DNA of 33,870 bases from Circinaria calcarea (lineage: Eukaryota), in the NCBI GenBank assembly GCA_051942165.1, contig JAVECS010000035.1, positions 1 to 33,870 of the forward strand. Direction: 5' to 3'. The notes under the pieces were generated by a model. It did not search any database. It saw only the letters and a list, made by a program, of their open reading frames with translations, and had not been told where the DNA came from. Positions 13,101 through 24,792 of this stretch are shown here, one piece after another. Both the position numbers and the translations under genes were made by a program. Within the stretch, counting starts at the first letter, position 1. Each line of letters opens with the position of its first letter.

Positions 13101-14047
13101 GAAGTAGCGAACTTGAAGTTCGGGAGGACTCACGCTCGATCTTTCCCGTAAAGCTGCCGAATGTCTCTGAATAAGATTGGCGGGTGAAAGTTTCGCTCAA
13201 TGTAAGCTTGTTTGAACGCAACTATCTCAGCGCTGAAGACATGATCGATCTTGAATTGGACTTGATGATTGGCCTCAAGAACTGTGTTGTTTCAGTTTAA
13301 GAAGAATTGAATAGCTCACCTGCACTTACTGGCACAAAATTCATTTAGAAAGAGTATCGGGGCTTCCGTGCCTGAACACATGGTTGCTACTCTGAGCTTA
13401 CGGTTCCCTAAAGCTTTTAATACATCCTCGAAGCCAGCATCAAGGGCTTTCTGGGTCATGTCGGCAAATATCTGTGAAATGTCATGCAGTGGTGTTTCAT
13501 CAAGCCTGATTCCCAATTTGTATACCCAGTTGTCAAGGGATTTGACAGGAGGTTTGGCCGTTGGGCATTGCGACTCTTCAACATCGGTAATCGGCGAATA
13601 ACTGCCTGGCGTTAAGGGACCGGTTCTGCGACGTTTTGCTGTAGGCTTAACGGTAATGTCTTCATCACTAGATTGGTCTTCGGAGTCTGAAGAGGTGATG
13701 AAGTGGTCATGGTCGACGCTAGGAGTGGTAGAGTTCAACTGAGAATAATCGTCAAGAGCATCATCTCCAGCGGTAGACGAGTGGCTCAATCCTTGGTGAC
13801 GCCGGGTTTTGGAAATTCTTTCCGACTTGCCTGAGGGCCCTTTCTGGATTTGCTTACCTGCTGGTGCACGGGGAGACCTCTTTGGTTGAGAAGGATCGAG
13901 ATTTGCAGTGTCTTTTACCGAATTTCCCAGACATTTGGAGACTCGGCTCCTTTCACCTCCATAGGAAATTGGCGCCGACGGACGAGGAATTGGTGGCCTC
14001 AGTGCTTTGGGCGGAGCTTTGGCTCTTGCCCTCTTAGAAGGGGCCAT
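7142..14047 (-). CDS. DNMT5: DNMT5-family DNA (cytosine-5)-methyltransferase fused to SNF2 ATPase, RING finger and helicase C-terminal domain, about 2195 aa
   Basis: Seven exons (14047-13330, 13281-13134, 13073-12333, 12280-8838, 8788-8688, 8636-7525, 7466-7142) with GT-AG introns of 48-60 nt join in frame (6588 nt). MTase motifs: I VATMCSGTE, II FSAEI, IV IAGFSCVDFS, VI ILENV, VIII YYIPHTRQRGY, X LAGNAMS. SNF2 motifs: Walker A GGVLADEVGYGKT, Ia TLILVP, Walker B VVLDEFTY, III WVLSGTP. RING-like: CGH...CGHAICKRC...CPVIGC. Helicase C: LLFVQF, SAGANLTNANHVVF, QCVGRARRFGQ. Confidence 0.93.
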
Positions 14048-15658
14048 TTGAGTAGCTCGAACACTTCGATTCTCCAGACTAGAAGCTAAGGTTTCAGCTA
14101 TGGGTGAGCGAGATGATATGGTAAACGTTGTGCCCGAAGGACTGGTTGACGGGTGTTAGAGACCTGAGCAAGGTGATGACCTTGTACTGGAGTTATCCGT
14201 TGTGAGCAAGTAGCCTAACGCTGCATGGGTTCAGGAAGAAAGGTGTCTCTCGGTAGGGGGGATGTATGCATCATCTATCAACTTTGACGGGAGCGGAGTG
14301 TTGCGTCGCAGCGTCGTTGAATGAACTTGCGCAATGGTTGTTTTTTGATCCTGATATGGGAGGTTATGGGCGCGTTAATCGAGATCTAATAAGAAGTAGA
14401 CCGCGAGTGCTCGAGCACCACGCAGTAGTAAATTTGTATCTAGATGTTAAAGATTGCTAAGATTCGTAAGAATGTAGATGTCGAGGTGAAAAGAGCAAAG
14501 TCGCGGTTGTTGAGCTTTCATACCGCATCCATGATGCATTTTCCAGACTTGGCTAGAAAACGAAAAAATACCAGCCACCCGGAAAAACCGAAACACGATT
14601 TACCGCACGGTCCACACATTTCTTTCCTATTCGGAAGAACCAATCATTCACACTCCTAAGATTCGATGTTTCTTTTCTTACAGGGCCTATATCGGTATCC
14701 CTTCCGCATATGCCAAAGAGCTAATTTCAACCAACTTTGACGGTCATATGCGTCATCCGGTCGGTGGGATCCCTTTCACAATATAGAGATTCTTTGCATT
14801 TGTTCTCAAGAAAACCCTCGAATGCGTTTGAAAGAGGCCGGTTATAGCAAAACGAATTACAATACCAATGACGGACCGAATGGAAGAACATGACCACTTA
14901 CTATCATGTCGCAAGGTGTCGTCTAGTGTTTCGCAACAACAATGTGCCTTCCTTTGTCCGTGTTGTCGTCTTCCATATGGAAGAGACTCGGGTCAAAGTC
15001 TCCTTTGTAGCTACGGTGCTTCCACTTTGGATTTGACAGAGTAAGTTTTCTGATAGGCAAGCCGCCTGCATACGAGAAGCCACGGACGAAGGCATTTTTT
15101 AAAGCTGTCGGTCATAAACTGCACAGTAGGAACTTTTTGAATCTGGAATATTGCTGAGCATGCCGCTCTCACCAGAGATCCAAACCCAACCCGTCTACAA
15201 AGTCTCAAGACCATGATGTGAACAGTATTCCAGAGATACTCTGGAACACAATACGAAACCAACGAACTCGAGTGAGCTCTCGATTAATACCGATAAGACA
15301 GAACAGAGGAGTTCGCGAAAAGATCATACGGCGGTTGCTGAAACGCTATGTGATATGCGGGAGATGTTAGACAGTGGGGAAAAGAAATTGTGCAAGAACA
15401 ACAGCAGCTTCTGTAGAATTATAAGTCGCGGCCGTGCCTTAAGAGCTCTTCGTGATTAGCAGAGCCGCCAATACATGCAGCTACCAGCGGCGCCAGAAAT
15501 GCAACATGGGCAAGTCACCTGAGAACACATGAAGTTGGGGGAGAGGAGGACGTTTGGCGCAATACTGTTAACAGCTGTGAGATGAAGTGACGTTGAAATT
15601 CAACATCTTAAGGTTGGTCAAAGATTGTCACAGCAGTTGAGCCAATCGCTCTATAGAT

Positions 15659-16710
15659 TTGCCGGCTCCGCTCTGCGCTAAGACGTGGGGAGACAAGCAG
15701 CGCAGAGACAACCTCGATAGTCCGCTGTACTGTACACACGAGGAAACCAGGACATCACTGTGGCACGATGCCAGCTTCGATAAAATGGCGATCCACATCA
15801 TGTGGAGAGACAACGCTGTAGCAGTCAACGAGGACCTCACAGCATCGGTCAAAGATCATAATGATGACTATCCTACGGACATTTGCATTGTCCCAGTTAA
15901 CTCATGGACATATGAACCTTATCCTCTAGACTCACTTTGAACCTTACTTCTCTCTCCGCATGCATGCATTCTCGTCTATAATTCAGGACCATAGAATGAC
16001 ATTCCTCCTCCTAATCAGCTGGTGGCGCCAGTAATGAGCTACACCAAGATGAGACACTTTCTCACTTTCTGCTCTACGGATTCCCCAGGTTTATACTAAG
16101 CGTCATAAGGAAGAGCATGGGGACGGCTACAACTGTGGAAGGGACATAGTATACCGGGAGAGGAAAAAGAACCTCAGGCAACTACTCAAATACGCCCGAG
16201 AAGTCCCTACTACGAATACTGTTTTCTCCTAGCATAAAGAATGCACAGAATTAATTGAACGCAAGATTCTTTTCTGCCCTGACTTTCGCGGGCAAGCGCC
16301 ATGGTTACATCTATCTGCCAAGGTGAACGCCACTCACTACTCCAGTCCAGCTAAAACGAGAAGGTGCAAGTCACTTCGTCGGTTTTACTATGCTGAAGTG
16401 GTCATGATTCCAGGAAACTCTTACAGTTTGCTCCATCCTACTCTCGTTTCCCCTTGAGCTCACCATGCAGTTTTAAGAGTGGAATCTTGGTTTCAAGTAT
16501 CTGCCTACACGACCAGCGTGTGCAGATTATCGCCCAGGGCGCGTCTTATGGAACTATATAACGGACGCAGCTGCGGAATGGATCGGTCCTAGTTTCTCGG
16601 ACGCCGCCGCAGGTAGTTTGGAAGATTTCCAAGCATTCGAGGTTCCCTGGTTGAGCTACCTAGGATACTTGTTCAAACGCGTTACTCATAAGGATGCTTT
16701 TAATTAATCC
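15659..16710 (+). pseudogene. Possible decayed coding sequence of unknown family
   Basis: Protein-like fragments interrupted by stops and frame changes: ORF 15659-15940, then WNLGFKYLPTRPACADYRPGRVLWNYITDAAAEWIGPSF...FEVPWLSYLGYLFKRV near 16480-16710. No family recognised. Confidence 0.25.
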
Positions 16711-17381
16711 TAGCTACATCCCAATCACAAATGGGTGGAAACGGGCAATAACTGTCTGTATCAGCATAAAGGATCACACGATCATGAGAACACTTACTTT
16801 GCGTATCAGCATGACCAGCTGGAGCACGTCTATTCTTCTTTGCTCATATGTAAAAGACCGTTGATGTTGTTGGGGCAGCCTGCTATCCGGCAGAAACTAT
16901 AACAACCATGATAACCATAGGTAGTGTACGTAAGCTCTGTCGAATCGAGGCAGGTTTCGACGTGCAATCCGCTTATTATTCGATCTTGACATCGAGGATA
17001 TTATCTAGGTGTAGATAACCTACTACTCGACTGTCTCTATGTCTCACGGATCCCTTGAATAATTGAAGCTTGTGATAATCAAGTACTGATGATCCCCACC
17101 ACCTAATAAACATTCCATCTTTGCCGTGGTGAAGTTAACATCGAACTGTCCTTTGATAGTGTTGTAAATATACTTGATTACTGTTGACGCTCATCCTTGA
17201 CCACTCCTGTGAGGTTGAATACGTTAAGCTACGAACTATTCCATACCCTGCAGCGTGCAGGTTGCCGCCATAACAAGGGAGTGCAATTTTGCAAGAGCAG
17301 GACTTTAGCAAGATCTCTCCCAAGCATGAAGCATTGAGGAAAACAAGACATCGCAGAAACATCCCATGCGCTCTTGCGGGA

Positions 17382-18430
17382 ATGGCTACTGCGACCGAAA
17401 ATGCGTTTGCAGATCTCTCCGGCATATCTGTTATGAACACACCAAACCCTTACGATGCGTTAATAGAAGCCAGTGAGAATGATTCGGTGACTCTCCTATC
17501 GATTTGTGCTGTCTACGCTCCTGACCCCTGTCAGATACAAATTCAAGCTCGATACGAGGCCCATCGGAAGGCACGAAATGGTCAGCAAAAAGATCAGCTA
17601 CTATCACCAGGCTTTACTGGGATGGTTCTTGACCCTGTCCTGCAGAAGCTACTTCATCCTGAGCAGCACCCAGGCTATTCCGACCAAAGACATAACTTGG
17701 TCTTCTGGGCACGGCCTAGTGGCAACTTACGGGACTTAATTCACATCGTCCAGCAGAAACTATTGACTGCAGTTCCAAGTCGGTATCTCCGTTCTAGAAA
17801 GACGAACAGCACTAAACACGGCCAGATCTCTGGCTAATGCCGATTGACTGTCTGCATATGACTGTACTTGAGATCACGCATTCCGTGACCGAAGCAGAAG
17901 TGCAGAAGCATGTAGATAGCTTGCAATTAAAAGTCCAGACCATTGCGGACTATACGTTCACTCATCGCTCCAGGCTCATCAAACCAATGGTAGGATATGA
18001 TGCTTCAGCCATGGCGCTCAGTCTTGTACCTGCTGCTGGTGAAGGGCAGTCTTCTTTCGATGACTCGTATACATACCATCACCTTCGGCGCGACCTCTAT
18101 GCCCTCTGCAAAGATGCCGGTGCCACTATTGCATCCCGGTACACAGTGCCATCTGCGCATCTTACCATTGCCCGCTATGTGACGCAGGAGGACTTTTCCA
18201 TCAGAGACAGTACCAGCTCTGTTCCCGACAGGAAGAAGATGGAGCAATGGGTAAACGTTCTCGAAGAAGTCAATTCATGGTTAGAGGAGAACTACTGGCC
18301 AAAGGAAGCAGGGATGATTCCGGAGGGAGGCGAATGGATTGTGGGCCAGACAAAGGGCCTGGACTTTAGAAAGGGGGTATGTTGGTATGGGGGCGGAGAG
18401 ACGGTAGCGTTGGGGAGAGGCTCCGAGTGA
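17382..18430 (+). CDS. 2H-phosphoesterase (LigT-like RNA ligase/cyclic nucleotide phosphodiesterase family) protein
   Basis: Exons 17382-17486, 17535-17778 and 17826-18430, with introns 17487-17534 and 17779-17825. Two HxT motifs (CLHMTVLE, SAHLTIAR) plus fungal-family segments NPYDALI, LVFWARP and C-terminal WYGGG. Confidence 0.85.
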
Positions 18431-18737
18431 AATATACGTCCTAGACTCTCCCATCTGATGTGTCTATATATTGATACCGCCGTATGTGCTCCTTAGACGT
18501 ATGTAACAAGTTGTCTAATGTTCCTGACTGAGGGAGCTGGTGTTCATTCCCACGCATTACTGCCCATGAGGTACATGTAGACTGCAGGAGATCACAGAAG
18601 CAGCATACATCACGCTAGTACCGATTAATAAACGGACCAGGGCTCAAGCGAGCTTCGCACATTCATTCAACTTCGTGGTCAAGGCAGCGACCAACATTGA
18701 AGTCGAGTGTCACTTAACGTCGTTCTGCGCATTCAAA

Positions 18738-19511
18738 ATGGTAAGTGGCATCGGCATCAGGTGTATTTGTCCCTCCCATGCCTAGACGTTCCTTCGTTCC
18801 CAAGAACCCCTACTGTGGATAATGCCCACTGATGAAGGCGCTCGCAAAACCAATCTACAATACTCCGTACAGATCAAGCATACTATAGCAGGTCTCACAC
18901 ATTCCGACCACACCAACATTGATTCCCACAAACTTTTCCTGCCCGTTGTTTACAGAGCACGAGGCACAGGCCCTCTTATCTATTCATGCGGTTTGCATGA
19001 ATCGATCCCAAAAGATCGTCCGAACATCACAATCCGCATTACAGATGCTAATGTCTCATAATATCTTAGGTCAACGTACCAAAAACCCGTCGGACCTATT
19101 GCAAGGGCAAGGACTGCAAGAAACATACACAGCATAAGGTCACACAATACAAGGCTGGAAAGGTACGTTAGTAAGCTTGGATGGCACCGTCGCTGGGCTG
19201 ACGAGTAACTGGTCACGTTATTAGGCTTCTACAGTAGCGCAAGGAAAGCGGAGGTATGACCGTAAACAGTCAGGATATGGAGGTCAAACAAAACCCGTCT
19301 TCCACAAGAAAGCAAAAACTACGAAGAAAGTGGTGCTAAGGTTGGAGTGCACAAACTGCAAAACGAAGGCACAATTGGCATTGAAACGATGCAAGCATTT
19401 CGAGCTTGGGTATGGCTATCCTCAAGCATATATTCCCTCCATCTTGCTCCAAGGCTAACATGTATTTTTAGTGGGGACAAGAAGACGAAGGGTGCTGCGT
19501 TGGTTTTCTAG
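18738..19511 (+). CDS. RPL44: 60S ribosomal protein eL42 (L44/L36a), 106 aa
   Basis: Exons 18738-18740 (ATG only), 19070-19162, 19225-19409 and 19472-19511 give [106 protein letters not shown]. Missed by the ORF track because of the introns. Carries Pro56, the cycloheximide-sensitive type. Confidence 0.98.
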
Positions 19512-19640
19512 AAGTGTCTTTACGTTGCACAATATGATACCTTCTTCAATTCTGAAGTGTTCGTAACATACCACATTCACACACATCTACAAAGATTCCC
19601 GGCGATAATAATGTCGTTCCATGTAATGGACCTCACACTT

Positions 19641-20190
19641 TCATGGAATTAGGCCTCGCCTGGCCAACTCGTCCCGTATTTCAGAATTAGGAAGGTGGTG
19701 AAGCTTGCAAGTTGGTCGGCGCTGGCTATGGTGCTCTGTGTCAGAATAGCGAAGTCTGTATCCTTGTTGCAGCTTTCTCCAATCTTGTGGTACCCCCCCA
19801 CAAACTTCTTCTTTGCCTTCATTCCTCATCTGCTGGAAATCTTGCATACGAGGCTCAGCGTCGATTGGTCTTGTCACACTGAAGTTTTTGCGGAGGGAAT
19901 CACTCTCAGCTCTGAGCAGCTTGTTGATTGTTCGGAGAGTTGATGATTGATAGACTAGTCCGCGACGTCCTTTGGCCCTATTGATGAAAGTATGATTTAA
20001 AGATTTACCCTTTATACAGCTGCCTACTCTATGTGATAGTATTGCAGGGCCTGCCCCTATCCAACGCTTACCATGTCGTACACATGTGTCTTCATAGCAT
20101 GGATTTGGTGAGCGAATTTGATGATAGTTTTATTAGAGAAATTTCCCCCCGCCTCACTTTGTTCATCCACTGTGCTTTCAGCTTCAGGAA
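19641..20190 (-). other. Small hypothetical or degenerate spliced ORF with a SAP-like C-terminus
   Basis: An open frame runs from about 19977 to the stop at 19641 and ends LPNSEIRDELARRGLIP. An upstream coding-like segment (VPEAESTVDEQ...KTHVYDM) is followed by a GTAAGC donor near 20071. Joining them in frame needs an implausibly short intron of about 31 nt. Confidence 0.25.
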
Positions 20191-20599
20191 CCACCTATGG
20201 TGAAGCAGCCGGGACTGTTTGCCCGGGACGCAGAACATCATACTCGTATTCGTGTTGAAGTAAACTGTTACTCTGGGCCAGAAAGCAACCGATGTTCGAG
20301 ACGCATACTCGCTCTCAACATTGCCCACTTTCTGCCTACAAGATGTGTAATTTTGACCCCTTTTTGGCCTCCCGGCGGCCCGACAACGTGTCCGAGGCGC
20401 TAGAGCTACCATTTGGGTTTACGGAGACTACCGTAAGTCTGTCACCCTTGAAGCCACCGTATCTTCAACTCTAATCGAGCAAACCACGTCGTTCACGATG
20501 TCTTTTAAAGTCCATTGACCGTAGCCGCTCATTCGAAATAGTGACTGTGCCGTTTGGAACAACCGGCGAACTTGATCTTGCCCCGTCTTGGGCCACACA

Positions 20600-21885
20600 A
20601 TGATCTGCTTCTCTACTTTTCTCCTACTCTACTTCCTGCCCTTGATACTCTGCACCGAAGACTTCTACAAGCTCCTCAATATCGATAAATCCGCATCGGA
20701 GCGTGATATCAAGAAAGCTTATCGCACCTTGAGCAAGAAATATCATCCAGATAAGAATCCGTATGTATACCATTCACCAGTGTACACCTTCCGCATTTTG
20801 ACCCCCAGGCTGGTAGGGGGGACGAATCTGCCCATCAAACATTCGTCGAGATCGCCGAAGCGTATGAAGCCCTTTCGGATAGTGAGACTCGCCGCATCTA
20901 TGACCAATACGGCCATGAGGGTGTAAACCAACACAAGCAGCGAGGCTCAGCGCCACAGCATAACCCCTTTGATCTTTTCTCGCGCTTCTTCGGGGGGGAT
21001 GGACACTTTGGGCATGGCGGAGGTCAACGGCGAGGGCCAGACATGGAAGTCAAGATTCACATTCCGTTGAGAGACTTCTACAATGGCAGGGAGCATGACT
21101 TTTCGATTGAGAAGCAGCAGATTTGTGAAGAGTGCGAAGGTACCGGAAGCGCAGATGGCCATGTGGACACTTGCTCACAGTGCGCTGGGAGGGGTATGGT
21201 AATTCAAAAGCACATGCTTGCTCCGGGGATATTCCAACAGGTCCAGATGCAATGTGATCGATGTGGTGGCAAAGGGAAGACGGTCACCAAGCCATGCAAG
21301 GTATGTGGTGGCAGCCGGGTTGTACGAAAGTCTTCCAGTCATAAATTATTTGTGGAAAAGGGTATGCCTAAGGGTGCAAGGATAGTATATGAGAACGAGG
21401 CCGATGAAAGCCCTGACTGGGTTGCAGGGGATTTAGTGGTGACCTTAATGGAGCAGGAACCCAGGTTGGGCCAAAATGACGAAGAGCGCGTAGACGGAAC
21501 ATTCTTCAGGCGAAAAGGCAGGGAGATGTTTTGGAATGAAGTACTGAGCCTCCGAGAAGCCTGGATGGGCGACTGGTCCAGGAATTTAACTCACCTCGAT
21601 GGACACGTTGTCAGGTTGTCGAGAATGAGAGGGGAGACTGTCCAGCCTAATGCAGTCGAGGTCCTCAAGGGCGAAGGCATGCCTGTTTGGATCCAGGAGC
21701 ATGGGCAAAGCGACGATGACTTTGGATCGTTGCATGTCGAATACACGGTGGTGCTGCCGGATCAAATGGAGAAGCCAATGGAGAAAGAATTCTGGGCAAT
21801 ATGGGAGAAGTATCGGAGAAGGACGGGGATAGATCTTCACAAGGATAGCGGCAGACCAGATCATGCCGGACATGATGAATTGTAA
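20600..21885 (+). CDS. SCJ1: ER-lumenal class I DnaJ/Hsp40 co-chaperone (Scj1/Spj1)
   Basis: Signal peptide [19 protein letters not shown]-domain with HPD (KYHPDKNP), intron 20761-20816, G/F-rich region, four CxxCxGxG-type zinc repeats, DnaJ C-terminal domain and terminal HDEL ER-retention signal. Confidence 0.96.
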
Positions 21886-22546
21886 CGTACTGTTCACAGC
21901 TAATAGAGCACGTGGTACCTTTATAGATTATATAGACATTGTTCGTCTTATGAAAGTTCCAACTCGTACAGTCCATTGATCCAACAGGCTCCTTCCTATT
22001 CCTCCTGATACGACTTGGTTTCCAATACAGATTGCCGCATTATGTTATCAATACCGTTGTGACCCATACTAGAGAATGATTTCGCCCATCTCCTGTAGGT
22101 GGCCAATTTGACGTCGCTCCCGGGACTTGTTCAAGAGGACTTGGTGGTACGGCAGAGTACTCAACAACAACCTCGTCAGTCAAGAAACAGAGCAAGAGAG
22201 AAGCTGTAAAAGGGAACAGCAACCGCACCACCGCCTCAAACTACATCGCACGTTCATGGGTGTTACAGTAGTGGATCATGTCCCTGGCTCATACACTGAG
22301 AAACCGGCTTTGGCGGGAATAACGAAAAAGGGGCGAATGTTGTAATTGGATCGCGTGGAAACAAAGTGTTAGGATATCCTCCCTAACTCGCGAGTTCTGC
22401 GAAGGCTGATACTAGCGATAGTAATATTATTATGTAGAGTAGCTGACGGCCTTTAATATAGCAATCTTTTCACATTTCCCACTTCTCCTAGTCTTATTCG
22501 AATACATCCTCCGTCTTATATCTCTCCCCACCACAATCCAGCTTTC

Positions 22547-24146
22547 CTACCTCCGCTCCCGCCATTCCTCCGTCTAGTTCATGTATTGCCGCTGAATGTA
22601 ATTCTTGTACATCATGTCTTTCGGGGATGCCATGGGGATCTGCTGGAAGTTCTTCTAGGTTTTCACAATTCCGTGGAAAGCGTCGCCATCTTCTCCAGAG
22701 GACAACAGTGGCCTAAATGATGGCAGCTAGAATTATGATAGATCCAATCGCTATGCCTATACATCTACCTATTTTCGGACTCTTATGCGGAGCACCAGGG
22801 GAAGTGTCCGCTCTGGAAGGTGGGTGGATCGGTATTCGACTCGCTGGAACGCTAGAATCTGGAAAGAGAGCTTGTGAAATGGAGAAATTAGAACGGTCGT
22901 AATCGGTTATGAGGTAAGCTTCCTGGAAAAAGGTTCGGCTAAGTTTATATTGCGATTCGTTCTGAGCCCGGCGGAGTGAAAAATAACGGCTTGTTTTATT
23001 GCCAGCCAAGGATAAGTCACTGTCTGATCAAAGCTTGCGTAGGGTAACGTAACATCGATTGTTGCATTGGAATTGCTAACGCCGGCGCTGAGATGAAATA
23101 TTATGCTAGCCTCACGAGCAAGGAGGGCACCGTGTAGAGTATCGTTAACCAGGTAGAGATTATGGTCTTCATTCCACACAAGGCCAAAGGCTGCTTCAAG
23201 TCTCTGCCAAGCTACCACGGGAAGCCATCTGCGCAACTGTAGAGTCGAAATAGGTGATGATACTGCGAGGAAGGAAGATTCATTGATCCGCTCGTAATGC
23301 TATCGATACCTATTAGTAGGCCACGGGCTGTATTAGGACCAAGCGTGACGTTAAGCCTATTCGAATTAGAGCCAGCGGAGCCGTAGCCACCAATGGTAAC
23401 GCTGTCCAATATGGATTTCGGCTTATAGTATGCGCCTGCTGTGTACCCATATGAAGAGCTAGAGATTGTACACTTTGTTCCGTAAGCTACCTAGAACGCT
23501 TGGCTGGGAGTTAAGAAAGTTAGTGAAGTTGACGGGGCGAGGCGTGATTCCCAGATTTCCAATGTAAAAGTCTTTGGTTGCGAATCCCGCCAGGGCTTGA
23601 CGATCTAGTGTTGGTCCCCGGTTCCCAGGCCAGCCCAAAGTGACAGTGTCCAGGCCAAATCTTGTATTTCCAGAGCAGGGTAAGGAGCTTTCAGGGAGAA
23701 GCGTTGATTAGAAGAGTCCTCTATCCTGCCATGTTGTTGAGGCGCTGGGTCTAGAAGGGAAGCCGCGGAGGCTTTCGCAATTCTTTGAATCGGAGGCAAT
23801 ACATCCGTCAGGAAGGACTAACCAGACTGAGGATCAAGAAGTCGAGGGTAGAACTCTGACTACCTGTGGAGGTGTGCCGACTTGCAATGCAAAAGTAGAT
23901 CAGCTTCCATCGTTGCCGTCCCTGAAGCTAAAGTCAGCGGGCGTCTCTACTTCCCTTCATAAAGCATCACATACCAGTACTGACTGGGCACCAGTGCAAG
24001 AGGAGTAGAGTTTTACGACCGCATTGCAAACGCTCCTGCATCATCATAATAAAACAAACATAGCACCAAGAGCAAGCAGGTTCGAGATTTACGAAATCGG
24101 AGTGATTATAAAACAAAGCTATCCTCCGCAGCTTTGTTTCCTCCAT
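22547..24146 (-). pseudogene. Membrane-anchored pepsin-like (A1) aspartic-protease-family pseudogene
   Basis: Conserved segments VPSQYW|DGNDGS*STFALQVGTPPQVVRVLPST (intron 23922-23974), SLSYGYTAGAYY, VTIGGY, LEAAFGLVWNE, TLPYASFD, RTFFQEAYLITDYDRSNFSISQA, a TM helix IGIAIGSIIILAAII and an IHELD tail. Broken by stops at 23900-23902 (TGA at the conserved Trp), 23834-23836 and 22713-22715, and by several frameshifts across ORFs 23212-23409, 22907-23236 and 22713-23009. Confidence 0.85.
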
Positions 24147-24792
24147 AAGTGACCGACTACACAACGTTTCGACAATACGAGTATGGAATATCAAGATTGA
24201 AGAGGCAAGAAAGAAATCATATCCGAGGACAGACTACAAAGCATGTAACCAAACTAGCTAACCGTCGGGACAAGACAAATTAGTCTAGGAAATAGATACG
24301 AGCTTTGGCCAAGACGTAGTTAGGTCGGGTTGGTTTTTCTTGTGCCTGTAGGAATAGGCGATAGAGAAGGCAGTTGAGGAAGCCTGACTGAAGCTGTGGA
24401 TTATGGCTTCGCGCTGAGCCGTAGCTATAGAATACCAATGCATCGTTCGATCAACCGAACTCGGACATTTTGCCAAGATACCGGTGGTATTCAGCCTTTC
24501 GCTGCTTTGGTACGATGAGCCTTTGTAGCTTGAGACTATCACCTCGTAAAGATGCTCAGGAGGACGGATCCAGAGCAGCAAAGACTCGGATCAGGTGCGA
24601 GGATGGCCTTTGATACACAGTCTAGTCCCATGTCGCTACTGCAGTGAAAAGACAACGGCTTCTGGACAATACTTGAACCTGTCTATTACTCGAAGTGATA
24701 TAACGGGCACTAATACTTTAATGCATTTCTTCTTATGATAGTACCCTACTGTCTTCTTTGGCTACGAGCTGATTTTCTTTTCCACACAGTAT

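Noticed and set aside
9098..13601. Plus-strand ORFs of 60-90 aa inside DNMT5 (similar ones occur inside JmjC and SCJ1)
   Set aside because: Antisense shadows of real coding sequence with no independent features.
7142..14047. Separate ORFs suggesting a bacterial-style methylase + helicase restriction or defence operon
   Set aside because: The ORFs join through canonical GT-AG introns into one in-frame eukaryotic gene.
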